64,000 nt of DNA from a bacterium (GTDB lineage: Bacteria; SM23-31). Location: positions 2,880,001 through 2,944,000 of the forward strand of contig OZ252239.1 in assembly GCA_965249485.1 (NCBI GenBank). The letters run 5' to 3'. The translations under genes and the position numbers were made by a program. The notes under the pieces are model-generated. The model was not told where the DNA came from, did not search any database, and saw only the letters and a list, made by a program, of their open reading frames with translations. The stretch's first letter is position 1. Each line of letters opens with the position of its first letter. This document shows positions 18,299 through 33,205 of this stretch, piece after piece.

Positions 18299-19903
18299 TT
18301 ACGCTTTAATTGCAATCTTTTTTACTTCATCCGACACATCTCCCTCAAAATCTTTGAAATTCGCTTCAAATTGCGACGCAAGATCCTTTGCCTTCAAGGT
18401 ATAGTCACCCTTATTGTCCCACGTATTTTGCGGTTTGAGGATAGAAGCATCAACATTAGGACACTCACTCGGAATATTCAGCCCAAAAATCTCATCCGGT
18501 TCCGAAGGTACATTTGCAAGTGAACCGTCAAGTGTTGCATTGACGATTGCCCGGGTATCCTGAATGCGAATACGGCTGCCCACTCCATATGGCCCACCAG
18601 TCCAACCGGTGTTTATGAGATAACAGTTGACACCATGCTTTTCAATCTTCTCACCTAACAATTTTGCGTAAACCGTTGGATGAAGCGCCATGAATGGTGC
18701 ACCAAAACAGGTGCTGAATGTTGCACTCGGCTCAGTTACACCCTTTTCCGTTCCAGCCAGTTTTGCCGTATATCCCGATAAAAAATGATAAATTGCCTGT
18801 TCCTTTGTCAGTTTTGCAACAGGCGGCATAACGCCGAACGCATCTGCTGTCAGAAAGATAATATTTTTCGGATGGCCTGCATATCCTTCCGGAATTATAT
18901 TAGGAATTTGTGATATTGGATAAGCACCCCTTGTGTTTTCAGTAAAGACATCATCATCCAGATCGATCTGCCGTGATTTATCATCAATAACAACATTCTC
19001 GAGGACCGTTCCAAACGAACGGGTGGTTTCAAAAATTTCAGGTTCGGCTTCTTTAGATAACTTGATCACTTTTGCGTAACATCCACCCTCAAAATTGAAT
19101 ACACCATTATCGCTCCATCCGTGTTCGTCATCACCGATCAGACGTCGATGCGGATCTGCCGACAACGTTGTTTTTCCAGTTCCGGAAAGACCGAAGAAAA
19201 TAGCAACATCATTTGCAGCACCGACATTGGCAGAACAGTGCATTGACATAACTTTTTTTTGCGGAAGCAGGTAATTCATGACCGTAAAAATAGACTTTTT
19301 AATCTCTCCGGCATAACTGGTACCCCCAATAATAACCATGCGCTTCTCGAAATTCACAATTATAAATGTTGATGTCCGGGTACTGTCTAACACAGGATCA
19401 GCTAAAAATCCGGGAGCTTGCAGAACAACAAACTCAGGCTTGTGAGAAGACAGTTCTTGTTCATTTTTCGCTTTTATGAAGAGACTGCGGGCAAATAAAT
19501 TGTGCCATGCCTGCTCAGTAATAACTCGGATCGGCAGTCTATAGTCCGAATCTGCCCCGGCAAAGCAATCTTGAATAAATACATCTCTTCCTTGATAGTA
19601 GCTACATATACGGCGGTGAAGCTGGTCAAATTTATCAGGCTCAAACGGGACATTCACATCACCCCACCATACTTTATCAACACATGAAGGTTCCTTTACA
19701 ACAAATTTGTCCTTTGCCGATCTACCAGTATGGACACCGGTGCGGACAACCACAGGACCCATATGAGATATAAGTGCTTCGCCCCGTTTAACAATTTCCT
19801 CATATAGTACCGATGTTGGGAGATTCCGATACACTTTCCCTGTGTTGATCAAACCCTGATCTTCAACATCAAAGGTTTCATTACTGTTATTATGCTTAGC
19901 CAT
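18299..19903 (-). CDS. pckA: phosphoenolpyruvate carboxykinase (ATP)
   Basis: Motifs TGRSAKDK, YAGEIKKS, GLSGTGKTTLSAD and LIGDDEHGW. Confidence 0.97.
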   Translation of the reverse strand: MAKHNNSNETFDVEDQGLINTGKVYRNLPTSVLYEEIVKRGEALISHMGPVVVRTGVHTGRSAKDKFVVKEPSCVDKVWWGDVNVPFEPDKFDQLHRRICSYYQGRDVFIQDCFAGADSDYRLPIRVITEQAWHNLFARSLFIKAKNEQELSSHKPEFVVLQAPGFLADPVLDSTRTSTFIIVNFEKRMVIIGGTSYAGEIKKSIFTVMNYLLPQKKVMSMHCSANVGAANDVAIFFGLSGTGKTTLSADPHRRLIGDDEHGWSDNGVFNFEGGCYAKVIKLSKEAEPEIFETTRSFGTVLENVVIDDKSRQIDLDDDVFTENTRGAYPISQIPNIIPEGYAGHPKNIIFLTADAFGVMPPVAKLTKEQAIYHFLSGYTAKLAGTEKGVTEPSATFSTCFGAPFMALHPTVYAKLLGEKIEKHGVNCYLINTGWTGGPYGVGSRIRIQDTRAIVNATLDGSLANVPSEPDEIFGLNIPSECPNVDASILKPQNTWDNKGDYTLKAKDLASQFEANFKDFEGDVSDEVKKIAIKA

Positions 19904-19963
19904 AGTAATGCTCCAATCATAATGGAAATTTAGTAGTTCATTTAATGCAAATAACAAGAAAAT

Positions 19964-22123
19964 CTATGAATCTTTCCCTATGAGTACAACAAGGGAACGA
20001 TTAACAGTCCAGTAAGTTAATTCACTGCCCGTAAGAACAGGTTCAGTTCCAGGTTCATAAATATCATGTGGATCCGATCGTGCCGTATTAACTGCTTCAA
20101 ACCATTGTTTTCCCTGAGAAGATTCCGGAATAGTAAAGCGGACATGTTCATCACTGCCATTGATTATAATAAAAAAGTCATTATCTTTATCATCGCCATT
20201 TACCATAGAAGATAATCCATTAATAAAGCATGAAAGTGTGAGAACATCTTCATTCCACATTGGTTCCGATCCGTCATGCTCATACCATTTAATATCTGGA
20301 CTTTCCTCGCTTGCAACCGTCTTCCCAGTGAAAAAATTCGACCTCCTAAATACGGGATGACGTTTACGAAATGCAATGAGCGATGAACAAAATCGGAAAA
20401 TATCGTTATGCTTCTCTTTGAGAGCCCAGTCTATCCAACTTATCTCATTATCCTGACAATATGCATTGTTATTCCCCATTTGCGTACGCTTGAACTCATC
20501 CCCCGCAAGCAGCATCGGCACCCCCTGTGACAGCAGCAGCGTTGCCATTAAGTTTTTTATCTGTCGGTTTCTGATGATTTCTATGGCCGGATTGTCAGTC
20601 TCCCCTTCTTCACCGTAATTAAAGCTGTTGTTATAATCATCTCCATCTCTGTTATCTTCACCATTTATTTCGTTGTGTTTATCACTATAGCAAACAAGAT
20701 CATTGAGTGTAAATCCATCGTGCGATGTGATGAAATTGATGCTGTGGTACGGTTTTCTACCATCCTGATCATAGAGATCGGAGCTGCCGGTAATTCTTTG
20801 TGCAAATGCTCCCCGTGTTCCGGGATCTCCTTTCCAAAACCTTCTCACATCGTCTCGATATTTCCCATTCCACTCTGCCCACCTTCCACCTGGAAAAGAG
20901 CCGACCTGATAGGCTCCTGCCGCATCCCAGGCTTCAGCAATAATTTTCGCGTTCCGCAAAATAGGGTCCTCGGAAATTGCTTCAATCAGAGGGGGATTAT
21001 CAAGGAGATTGCCATTCTGGTCGCGCCCAAGTATCGATGCCAAATCGAATCGGAATCCATCGACATGCATATGAAGATACCAGTATTGCAGACAGGCCAG
21101 TATATATTGTCGAACGACCGGGTGGTTACAATTAACTGTGTTACCACACCCGGTATAGTTGAGATAAGATTTTTTATCATCTCCCAAAAGATAGTAAATT
21201 GAATTGTCGATTCCCTTGAAGCATAAAACAGGGCAGTTTTCGTTTCCCTCAGCCGTATGATTGAAGACAACGTCAAGGATGACCTCAATTCCTGCAGCAT
21301 GAAGTTTTTTCACCATTTCTTTGAACTCAACGACCTGCCCTCCCTCTTTTCCGTCACAGGCATACTGTGCATTCGGGGCAAAAAATGATACTGTACTGTG
21401 CCCCCAGTAATTCAAGAGCGGCACGTTAGTCAATGGGTTCGATCTGTCTAATTCATATTCATTGAATTCATGAATCGGCATGAGCTCAAGTGTCGTGATT
21501 CCAAGTTCTCTCAAATGTGGGATCACTTCCGTCACACCTTGAAATGTTCCGGGATGTGAAAAGGAACCGGATGAATGAATGGTCAAACCACGAACATGCG
21601 CTTCATAGATTATCACATCCTTAGACGGGTAATTTAAGTGGCGGTCACCTTCCCAATCAAAATTATCATCAATTATAACACATTTCGGCATTCCGGCAAA
21701 TTTGAGCTTGGAAAAGTAATTTTTATCATTTTGTTCAAGATGCATTAAGCGCTCTTTAGCAGATGTATCGCCCCAGATCAAATCACTCGAGACAGCCCGT
21801 GCAAACGGATCAAGAAGACATTGATTCGGGTTAAACCGATGACCACTTTCAGGATCATCAGGCCCATCCATACGGTACAGATACAATTGTCCCGGTTTTA
21901 TACCTTCAACAAAGACATGCCAAATGTCACCGGAGTGATATAAATTTGGATCAAGCTCAATCTCAGCAAAAGGTTCTACGTCTTCCGGTTTGTCAAAGAA
22001 CATCAGCCAGACATGAGTTGCGTGCCGGCTAAAAATCCTGAATAGTACACCATTTTTTTCAACAATTGCACCGAACGGTGATCGAGCAGGCATCCCCCAT
22101 GAAGTTTTAAACTTCGTTTGCAT
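19964..22123 (-). CDS. glgX: glycogen debranching enzyme / isoamylase (GH13)
   Basis: Motifs IYEAHVRG, DVVFNHTAEG, VDGFRFDLA, AEAWD, TSHDGFTL and GNNNAYCQDN. Confidence 0.95.
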   Translation of the reverse strand: MQTKFKTSWGMPARSPFGAIVEKNGVLFRIFSRHATHVWLMFFDKPEDVEPFAEIELDPNLYHSGDIWHVFVEGIKPGQLYLYRMDGPDDPESGHRFNPNQCLLDPFARAVSSDLIWGDTSAKERLMHLEQNDKNYFSKLKFAGMPKCVIIDDNFDWEGDRHLNYPSKDVIIYEAHVRGLTIHSSGSFSHPGTFQGVTEVIPHLRELGITTLELMPIHEFNEYELDRSNPLTNVPLLNYWGHSTVSFFAPNAQYACDGKEGGQVVEFKEMVKKLHAAGIEVILDVVFNHTAEGNENCPVLCFKGIDNSIYYLLGDDKKSYLNYTGCGNTVNCNHPVVRQYILACLQYWYLHMHVDGFRFDLASILGRDQNGNLLDNPPLIEAISEDPILRNAKIIAEAWDAAGAYQVGSFPGGRWAEWNGKYRDDVRRFWKGDPGTRGAFAQRITGSSDLYDQDGRKPYHSINFITSHDGFTLNDLVCYSDKHNEINGEDNRDGDDYNNSFNYGEEGETDNPAIEIIRNRQIKNLMATLLLSQGVPMLLAGDEFKRTQMGNNNAYCQDNEISWIDWALKEKHNDIFRFCSSLIAFRKRHPVFRRSNFFTGKTVASEESPDIKWYEHDGSEPMWNEDVLTLSCFINGLSSMVNGDDKDNDFFIIINGSDEHVRFTIPESSQGKQWFEAVNTARSDPHDIYEPGTEPVLTGSELTYWTVNRSLVVLIGKDS

Positions 22124-22180
22124 TACGGCACAGCACTTTCATACTAAATTGACTCAATTTACACGCTGAATGCAATTATA

Positions 22181-23812
22181 CTACCCATCAAATTCTATGA
22201 GCGGCCTGTCGTAATCTTCCACATTTTCATAACCAAGGAGATTCAAAATAGTGCCGGTAACATTTGTTAATCCTCGCTTTTCAAAATCAGCCATACGGAA
22301 TTCACCATCATAGAGCGGGTCATGAATAAAGAACCAGACCGGATTAAGGCTATGCGATGTAATAATCATCTTTTCACCCTTCACAATCTTGAACATCTGG
22401 TCGGAATTACCATGATCGGCAGTTACTATTGCTACCCCCTTGAGTTTTTCAATAGTCTCAAGCAGCCTGCCAACACATTCATCCACTGACTCAACAGCTG
22501 ATACGGCGGCATCAAACACACCCGTATGACCGACCATATCACCATTAGGAAAATTCACTCGTCCGAACCGGTATTGCTCTGATTCTAAAAGCTCGATTGT
22601 CTTATCCGTAATCTCGTATGCTTTCATTTTTGGAGCTTTATCGAACTGAATCTTATCCGATGGAATTTCAACATAAGTTTCGAGAGACTCATTGACATAA
22701 CCCGATTTGTTTCCATTCCAGAAATAGGTTACATGACCATATTTCTGTGTCTCGGATATTGCAAACGACGTCACCTTTTCCGCACACAAATATTCCGAAA
22801 CACTTCTATCTATGTGTGGCGGAGGCACAAGATAATTTTTAGGAATATGGAGATCACCATCATATTCAAGCATCCCTGCATAGAAAACATCAGGGCTGAC
22901 CACTTTGTCAAACTCGTGAAATTCGGGATCTTCAAAAGCCTGCGATATCTCAATTGCACGGTCTCCTCGGAAATTGAAAAAGATGACAACATCACCATCA
23001 ACTATTTTTCCGACCGGCTCTCCCTCGTCAGATACAACAACAAACGGATCGAGAAATTGATCAATGACTTCAGAATCTTCTGAGTACAGAGTCTCAACCG
23101 CCTCGAGTGCAGATTTAAACTGCCTCCCAACACCTCGAACATGCGCATCCCAACCACACTTCACTATATCCCAATCGGCTTTATAACGGTCCATCGTAAC
23201 TTTCATTCTTCCGCCGCCCGAAGCAATTTTGTAATCAAAACCATTACTGTTCGAAATCATGCTCAACAGCGCTTCTGTTTTTTTTAGATAGTCGGGTGCA
23301 CTCCGTCCTCCTACATCCCGGCCATCTGTCAATGTGTGGATTCGTACATTCCGCACATCCTGAGCTGCACACTCTTTGAGCAGTGCAAGCAAATGATCAA
23401 TATGTGAATGGACATTCCCATCGGACAAGAGGCCAATAAAGTGCACTGTTCTCCCCTGTTTTCCCTTATCAATTATTTTCTTCCAGAGATCAGTTCGAAT
23501 CAATATTCCCGATTCTATCGATTTTTTAACCAGTTTTGCGCCCTGATCGAATATTCTTCCGGCCCCGAGAGCATTATGACCTACTTCGCTGTTGCCCATA
23601 TCATCTTCGCTCAGAAGACCAACCGATGTGCCGTGGGTTTTCAATGTTGTTTTCAACGGAGTTGTTGCTAACCAGTCAAGAACCGGTGTCCGGGCAGTAA
23701 ACACTGCATCGGACTCATCTTTTTTACCGATACCGACACCGTCCATTATTATCAAAAGGAGCGGTCCGGGTCTTCCGGTGAAATTTGCGAGTTTTTTGAG
23801 TGAAAATGACAT
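22181..23812 (-). CDS. gpmI: 2,3-bisphosphoglycerate-independent phosphoglycerate mutase
   Basis: Motifs MGNSEVGH, SDGNVHSH, DGRDV, NGDMVGHTG and TADHGN. Confidence 0.95.
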   Translation of the reverse strand: MSFSLKKLANFTGRPGPLLLIIMDGVGIGKKDESDAVFTARTPVLDWLATTPLKTTLKTHGTSVGLLSEDDMGNSEVGHNALGAGRIFDQGAKLVKKSIESGILIRTDLWKKIIDKGKQGRTVHFIGLLSDGNVHSHIDHLLALLKECAAQDVRNVRIHTLTDGRDVGGRSAPDYLKKTEALLSMISNSNGFDYKIASGGGRMKVTMDRYKADWDIVKCGWDAHVRGVGRQFKSALEAVETLYSEDSEVIDQFLDPFVVVSDEGEPVGKIVDGDVVIFFNFRGDRAIEISQAFEDPEFHEFDKVVSPDVFYAGMLEYDGDLHIPKNYLVPPPHIDRSVSEYLCAEKVTSFAISETQKYGHVTYFWNGNKSGYVNESLETYVEIPSDKIQFDKAPKMKAYEITDKTIELLESEQYRFGRVNFPNGDMVGHTGVFDAAVSAVESVDECVGRLLETIEKLKGVAIVTADHGNSDQMFKIVKGEKMIITSHSLNPVWFFIHDPLYDGEFRMADFEKRGLTNVTGTILNLLGYENVEDYDRPLIEFDG

Positions 23813-23823
23813 AGTATTCTTGT

Positions 23824-25356
23824 TTATTTGTCCTCTCCCGGATACTCGGGAAGAGATTGATCCCAATTTCCAACTTTGCCGGTCGAATTGAGTTTTTTTG
23901 TAATATCATCTATGATGTCGTACATCCGTTTCCGTGTTGAAAACGATTCTGCAACAACAACCAGCGACGGTTTATTCGATGAAGCACGCACCAGACCCCA
24001 GCTTTTATCGGTGTAGTGGACCCGCACACCGTTCACCGTTAATATCTCCTCTATTCCGATCCCGTCCTGCAGTACATCATCCTCTTTATCCTTCCGGTAT
24101 TGTGCGGTAATCTGATCAACTACATCATATTTTTCAACATCATCAGAGAATGGCGCCATTGTCGGAGTCTGATAAGATTGTGGCAGCTCGGCAAGCAATT
24201 CTGACACAGATTTGTTGTGCCGTGACAGCAGGTTACAAAAATGTATTGCAGATAATGTACCATCATCATATGCTCTACCAAGAGGTTTATTAAAAAAGAA
24301 ATGACCGCTTTTTTCAAATCCCGCAAGTGCATTATCATCTTGCACTTTTGATCTCAGATACGAATGCCCGGTCTTCCAATACACAGTGTTACTCTTATGC
24401 GCGTTAAGAATATCATCAACCTTAAAAAGACCGGTCGATTTCACATCAACAATAAAGGTAGCGCCGGGGTGAGAGATCACAAATTCACGGGCAAGAAGCA
24501 GGCCTATTTTATCACTGTAGACTTCTTCACCTAGTTCATCGACAATACCAACCCTGTCACCATCACCATCAATTCCTATACCGAGGTCAGCATTTTCTTC
24601 CCTTACCTTGTTACCAATATCTTTCAGAAATGATATATCTTCTGGATTCGGATTAAAATTCGGAAAATTCCAGTCGAGCTCTACATGTTGTTCGATGACC
24701 TCATGTCCGCCCCGCCGGAACGCTTCTGGTGTATAAAGACCTGCCGTTCCATTTCCCGTTGCGACAACAACTTTGAGCTTTCTATCAATCTCGATTGTCT
24801 TAATTAGATCATCAATGTACGCTTTTGGAATTGAAGTCTCTGTTTTGTATGATCCGCTCCCCTTGAGGTAGTCACCCGAGTAAACAATCTCCTTAAACCG
24901 GGTAATTCCATCAGGACCAAGCGTCCGTGAAAATCCATAGCCGAGCTTGATTCCCGTCCAGCCGTTTTCATTATGACTGGCAGTCACCATTGCCCCGCCC
25001 TTGATACCCAGATGGTACTGGGCATAATAAAGGCTTGGGGAAACAGCCAATCCAATATCAACAACATGCATTCCGCTGCTTAAAAGTCCGACAACAAATG
25101 CATTTTTAATATTCTCCGAATAATATCTGAAATCATATCCAACAACAATATCATTGACGCTATGATCTTGCTGCAGGAACGTCCCGTACGCCGCACCGAG
25201 GATGACGACACCGCTGTAATTCAACTCTTTTTCGACCAGCCAACGCACGTCATACTCTCTGAAACCGGTCGGTTTTATCAGCGCTTGCCGGAAATACTCT
25301 CCCGAATTCGATTTCAGTTCCTCAACAATAGAGATATTAATATCTGTCTTTGTCAT
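23824..25356 (-). CDS. phosphoglucomutase/phosphomannomutase
   Basis: Motifs FREYDVR, TASHN, DGDGDR and VRASSN. Confidence 0.93.
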   Translation of the reverse strand: MTKTDINISIVEELKSNSGEYFRQALIKPTGFREYDVRWLVEKELNYSGVVILGAAYGTFLQQDHSVNDIVVGYDFRYYSENIKNAFVVGLLSSGMHVVDIGLAVSPSLYYAQYHLGIKGGAMVTASHNENGWTGIKLGYGFSRTLGPDGITRFKEIVYSGDYLKGSGSYKTETSIPKAYIDDLIKTIEIDRKLKVVVATGNGTAGLYTPEAFRRGGHEVIEQHVELDWNFPNFNPNPEDISFLKDIGNKVREENADLGIGIDGDGDRVGIVDELGEEVYSDKIGLLLAREFVISHPGATFIVDVKSTGLFKVDDILNAHKSNTVYWKTGHSYLRSKVQDDNALAGFEKSGHFFFNKPLGRAYDDGTLSAIHFCNLLSRHNKSVSELLAELPQSYQTPTMAPFSDDVEKYDVVDQITAQYRKDKEDDVLQDGIGIEEILTVNGVRVHYTDKSWGLVRASSNKPSLVVVAESFSTRKRMYDIIDDITKKLNSTGKVGNWDQSLPEYPGEDK

Positions 25357-25458
25357 TTATAAAACCTGAATTTTCTATTAATGAATATGTTGGTGTTTTT
25401 GATAATTGTATATAATATACCCGATTACTGAGATTACTTAGTAATTTTAGAATAACCG

Positions 25459-26529
25459 TCAGGCAACATCAATTGCATCGATCTTATAAACTTCCTGGAT
25501 TGCATTGAGCAGTTCAACACCCTCACTCATAGGACGTTGAAAAGCTTTTCGTCCGCTAATGAGACCAATACCACCGGCACGTTTATTAATAACCGCGGTT
25601 TTAACTGCCTGTGCTAGATCGTCTTTTCCTGATGCACCGCCTGAGTTAATGAGTCCGGCCCTTCCCATATAATTATTGATAATCTGGTATCTCGTCAGGT
25701 CGATTGGATGATCAGATGAAAGATCCGAATACATTTTTTCACTGAATTTCCCAAACGAACCATTCTTATTTAATGCCCGATAACCACCATTGTTCTCAGG
25801 TAGTTTCTGCTTAATAATATCAGCCTGAATGGTAACGCCTAGATGGTTGGCCTGACCTGAAAGATCAGCACTTGCGTGATAATCGGTACCATCAACTTTG
25901 AAAGCCGGGTTTCTGGTGTAACACCATAGGATCGTTGCCATTCCGAACTCGTGTGCAATTTGAAACGCTTCACTCACTTCCTGAATTTGCCGGTTGCTTT
26001 CTTCGGAACCAAAATATACGGTAGCGCCGATTGCAACCGCGCCCATGTCGAACGCCTGCTGCACACTTCCACAAAGAATTTGATCATATGTGTTAGGATA
26101 GGTCATTAACTGATTGTGGTTAACTTTCATAATAAACGGAATTTTATGCGCATATTTTCGTGCCACACTACCCAAAACACCAAGTGTTGACGCTACAGCA
26201 TTACAACCGCCTTCTATTGCTAATTTAACTATGTTTTCCGGGTCAAAATATGCTGGGTTTGGAGCAAACGAAGCACCTGCGGAATGTTCTATTCCCTGGT
26301 CTACTGGCAAGATTGACAAATACCCTGTCCCCCCCAGATTACCATGACTGAACATTGTTGCTAGATTACGTAGAACAGGAATAGACCTGTCTGAATTAAT
26401 AAAAATTCTGTCTACCCAATCAGGACCGGGAACACTAATTGTTTCTTTGCTGATTTTTGGGCTCTTAAAATCCAGTAAATATTCTGCTTCATCACCTAGC
26501 ATGTCCCGTATTTTCTTAATATCTCCCAT
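25459..26529 (-). CDS. fbaB: class I fructose-bisphosphate aldolase (DhnA type)
   Basis: Motifs [25 protein letters not shown] and [10 protein letters not shown]. Confidence 0.95.
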   Translation of the reverse strand: MGDIKKIRDMLGDEAEYLLDFKSPKISKETISVPGPDWVDRIFINSDRSIPVLRNLATMFSHGNLGGTGYLSILPVDQGIEHSAGASFAPNPAYFDPENIVKLAIEGGCNAVASTLGVLGSVARKYAHKIPFIMKVNHNQLMTYPNTYDQILCGSVQQAFDMGAVAIGATVYFGSEESNRQIQEVSEAFQIAHEFGMATILWCYTRNPAFKVDGTDYHASADLSGQANHLGVTIQADIIKQKLPENNGGYRALNKNGSFGKFSEKMYSDLSSDHPIDLTRYQIINNYMGRAGLINSGGASGKDDLAQAVKTAVINKRAGGIGLISGRKAFQRPMSEGVELLNAIQEVYKIDAIDVA

Positions 26530-26620
26530 TATTCATTCCTTTATATTTATTCAATAAACATACGAACCAATCATTGTCTAATTTAAAATACTTGTATATG
26601 CTTTAATCTACATAATTCCC

Positions 26621-27937
26621 TTACATGTTTCGGAAATTCTTTGGTTGTCCGGTTGACTCGATAACACCCATCCAAAGAGCACTCTCGGTTGAAACCCGTT
26701 TCCTTTCCTTGATAGCGGCAGTAATCGGGACATTCACAAATACGTTGTGCCAGAATCCAATCATCATATCGGTTTTACCTGCCATTGCAGCATGAACAGC
26801 CTGACGGGCAAGGGAATTACAAAAGAGCCGGTCATCACCGTTTGCCGGTATACTGCGAATTATATAACTCGGATCAATATATTTCAAGTTTGTCGGTAAT
26901 TCATTTTCTTTAAAATAGATATTGATTGTACCACGTAAAAACATTCCAATATCGTCGAGTCTTACATTTCCAGAAGCATCTTTTTTCGAAGTGTGCATTT
27001 CCATTAAATCCTGTCCTGCACCTTCAGCGACGACAATAACTGCATGTCCTCGCGCCAATATTCGTTTCTTTAATGTCTGAAGAAACCCACTCTCTCCGTT
27101 AAGCTCAAACGGGTCTTCGGGAATCAATGTGAAATTCACTTCCTGGCTTGCAAGCGTTGCCGCAGCAGCGATAAAACCTGTTTCGCGACCCATGACCTTT
27201 ACTAGTCCGATTCCGTTTGGAGCACCACGTGCCTCCACATGCGCACAGTCGATAATCTCTTTTGCTTTTTCTACTGCAGTACTGAAACCAAAAGTTTTCC
27301 AGGCGAATCTGATATCATTATCAATTGTTTTTGGAATTCCTATAACAGCGATATTCTTTTTTTGTTTCTCAATTTCTTCGCATATTGCATGAGCACCTTT
27401 CAATGTCCCGTCACCACCAATACAGAAAAAAATATTGACCCCGTTGTAATCGAGAAAATCGACAATAGTCTTTGGGTCTTCCGGTCCCCGTGAAGAACCG
27501 AGGACAGTCCCTCCCTCCTGATGAATATCCTCGACATATACTGGTGTCAGGTTAACAGGTGGTTTTCCATGAGCAGGATTTAAACCCTGATAACCATACT
27601 GTATACCGAGAATTTCTTTGACACCATAATTATGGAACAATTCCAGAACAATTGACCTGATTACGTTATTTAATCCGGGACAGAGACCGCCACAGGTCAC
27701 AATTGCAGCTTTCGTCTTTGCAGGATTAAAGAAGAGACGCTCCCGGGGGCCTGATTTTTCAAAAAGCAATCCATCCAGTTTCTCCTCACCCGGAAAATAC
27801 TCAACTTGATATCGGACTCGGGACTCATCAGGCACAAAATTACCAGTACCATCGCCATTGACTACCGACAGCCCAATCGGCGAATTAACTTGAGTTGCTC
27901 CTAAAGTTTTGACTATAAAATCTTCCGGAACCGGCAC
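26621..27937 (-). CDS. pfkA: 6-phosphofructokinase, probably ATP-dependent (group X-like)
   Basis: Motifs TCGGLCPGLN, GGTVLGSSRG, IGGDGT, PKTIDND, MGR and YIDPSYIIRS. Confidence 0.9.
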   Translation of the reverse strand: MPVPEDFIVKTLGATQVNSPIGLSVVNGDGTGNFVPDESRVRYQVEYFPGEEKLDGLLFEKSGPRERLFFNPAKTKAAIVTCGGLCPGLNNVIRSIVLELFHNYGVKEILGIQYGYQGLNPAHGKPPVNLTPVYVEDIHQEGGTVLGSSRGPEDPKTIVDFLDYNGVNIFFCIGGDGTLKGAHAICEEIEKQKKNIAVIGIPKTIDNDIRFAWKTFGFSTAVEKAKEIIDCAHVEARGAPNGIGLVKVMGRETGFIAAAATLASQEVNFTLIPEDPFELNGESGFLQTLKKRILARGHAVIVVAEGAGQDLMEMHTSKKDASGNVRLDDIGMFLRGTINIYFKENELPTNLKYIDPSYIIRSIPANGDDRLFCNSLARQAVHAAMAGKTDMMIGFWHNVFVNVPITAAIKERKRVSTESALWMGVIESTGQPKNFRNM

Positions 27938-27946
27938 ATTATCTCC

Positions 27947-30506
27947 TTAGTTCTGCCAATGAACAAGATGCCATTCGAAAGGATTCACCTGATCAGAGCA
28001 GCGCGGAACTATACGGATCGTAAAACCATGCAATCCGCTTGTTGGACTTGAAATAGTTCCAGTATAATGGAATTTTTTACTTTTATTCCCTTCACATTCC
28101 ATAGACCGTGATTGTCCTTTAACTATTTTGCTGTCGTGATTCAACTTTCCAAAATAAATTTGCACATCGACATCATCCGGCTGCAGTGCTCCTAGTTCGA
28201 CTGCAACTTTAACCTGTAGATCGGAATTCACAAATATACCGTCATTGCTTTCAGTTTCAACATTGCAAATCTTTAGCTCATTCCAGTGCGATTCCGTTCT
28301 TTTCCGGAGATCACAATAATACTTTGCATACTCAAAATCATTTTCGCAGAATCGCTTGAATCTGTCGGCAACCTGCAGATAGTACTGCTCCGTATAGTCC
28401 TTCACCATCCCATTTTGTGTTGAATAACGGAGAGAGCACCTGCATCGTCTTCTTCATTTTTTTGATCCATCCCCACGGAATTCTGTCGTTGCCCCGGTCA
28501 TAGTAAAGTGGTATGATTTCCTTTTCAAGGATATTGTAGAGCATATTCGATTCTACTTTATCCTGATAATCGGTGTCTTCGTAATCTTCTCCTTTACCGA
28601 TCGACCAGCCGACATCAGGATCAAGATCAAACGCTTCGGCCCACCATCCGTCAACAACACTGAAATTCAACACACCGTTAAACATCGCTTTCATACCGCT
28701 CGTTCCGCTCGCTTCCATGGGTCTTCTCGGATTATTCAACCAGACATCGACACCAGTCACGAGGTAGCGAGCGGTCGTAATATTGTAATCCTCAAGAAAA
28801 ACGACATGCCTCCGTATTTCCGGATCCCGTGAAAAGTGAATAATCTCGCGAATGAGCTCTTTTCCATTTTCATCTTTCGGATGGGCTTTACCGGCAAGGA
28901 TGATTTGAACAGGACGGTCTCTATCACAAAGAAGTCTCTTTAACCGTTCTTTATCCTCAAGAATAAGTGTTGCCCGCTTATAAGGAGCAAACCGTCTGGC
29001 AAATCCAATTGTCAATGCATTTGGATCAAGCACTTCATATGCGGTATTAATGTGATACTCCGATGCTCCACGCTGTTCAAGCTGTTTGACGAGACGTTTG
29101 CGAGCATAACTGATAAGCCGCTCTCTTCTCCGCTCGTGTGTCCGCCACAGCTCTTCAGGCGGTATCTGCTCAATATTTTTCCATATAGTCTGATCTGACG
29201 GCTCATTGTACCACTCAGTGCCGAGATACCGGTCGAACAGACCTGCCATATCATGAGAAATCCATGACTGTGCATGGACACCGTTCGTGACTGATGAAAT
29301 CGGAACTTCATCAACCGGCACTTCGGGCCAGACATCCCGCCACATTTGCCGTGTGACATAACCATGGAGTTTGCTCACTCCATTGCAATACGACGACATC
29401 CGTAAGGCAAGTATAGCCATATTGAATTCTTCATCTTTTTCAGGATCAAGACAGCCTAGTTTGAGGATTTCAACCAATGGGATACCTAATGTGCCTGCGA
29501 AACCGGTAAAATACTTCTTCATTAACTGAATTTTAAACTTATCAATTCCGGCAGGAACCGGTGTATGCGTTGTAAACACATTACCCGATTTTACCACAAC
29601 ACGAGCTTGCTCAATATCCATATTGTACTTTTCGATGAAATAGCGCAGCCGCTCAAATGTAAGAAAGGCAGCATGTCCCTCATTCATATGGCATACATCA
29701 GGGACCATATTGAGAGCTTCGAGCATCCGGTGCCCCCCGATTCCAAGAATAATTTCCTGCCGTATCCGCATCTCTTTGTCCCCGCCATAGAGCTGATTCG
29801 TTATGGCCCTGCCTTCTGGATTATTTTCCTGCAAGTTTGTATCAAGCAAATAGAGGGGCACTCTTCCAGATTGAGCTTTCCAAACCTGAATATATACATC
29901 GCCATTGGGAAACTCAATTGAGATTTTTAACGGTTGTCCATCCTCCTTTAACACCTGCTTAATCGGCATGTTGTGGAAATCATTTTTCGGATAGAGTTCC
30001 TGCTGCCAACCGTCGATATTCAGATACTGCCGGAAGTAACCTTCCTGATATAACAGACCAACACCAACAAGCGGGATGCCCAAATCACTGGCAGATTTCA
30101 AGTGATCCCCGGCAAGTATACCTAGTCCCCCCGAATAGATCTGCAGGCATTCTGTTAAACCAAATTCAGCGGAAAAATACGCCCACGTCATATTGGACTT
30201 ATTATTAAATGTTTTTTTGAACCATGTCTCTCCTGTTATATACGCATCCATGTTTTTCTTAACACGTTCTACATGGGAAACAAAACTATCATTCTGAGAC
30301 AGTTTCTCTAATTTCTCTTGCTCAATTGTCCCCAGCATCAAAATCGGATTATGGTTCGTTGTCTCCCACAGTTCGCTATCAAGTCCGAGAAACAATGCAA
30401 TTGCGTCGTGATTCCATGACCACATCAGGTTATAGGCAATCGACTCAAATACTTTCAGATTTTCCGGAATTGCCGGATTAACTTTGAACGGTGTAATCGT
30501 TTTCAT
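27947..30506 (-). CDS. glgP: alpha-glucan (glycogen) phosphorylase, split by a single frameshift near 28410 (likely sequencing error)
   Basis: Motifs YSGGLGILAGD, HMNEGH, RRFAPYKR and EASGTSGMK. The expected FNTxRMVKDY is broken at an A-run, so ORFs 28338-30506 and 27947-28408 join. Confidence 0.92.
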
Positions 30507-30605
30507 TATTTATGTCCTTTGCACTTTCTCTGAAGTTTCCATCATCAATCATTTCTTATTACATCACATTAGACAAATCACAGCAACACATCTTTTGAAC
30601 ATGAT

Positions 30606-33127
<2,522 letters not shown>

Positions 33128-33205
33128 ATCATGACGCTCTGTTTCGTATTAATTCATTATTGTAACACATTTTTAATACCGGTAAATTACCACACAAATA
33201 TAAAG

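Noticed and set aside
28400..28420. Programmed frameshift in glgP
   Set aside because: No slippery heptamer or stimulatory structure is evident; an extra base in a short A-run fits the general error pattern.
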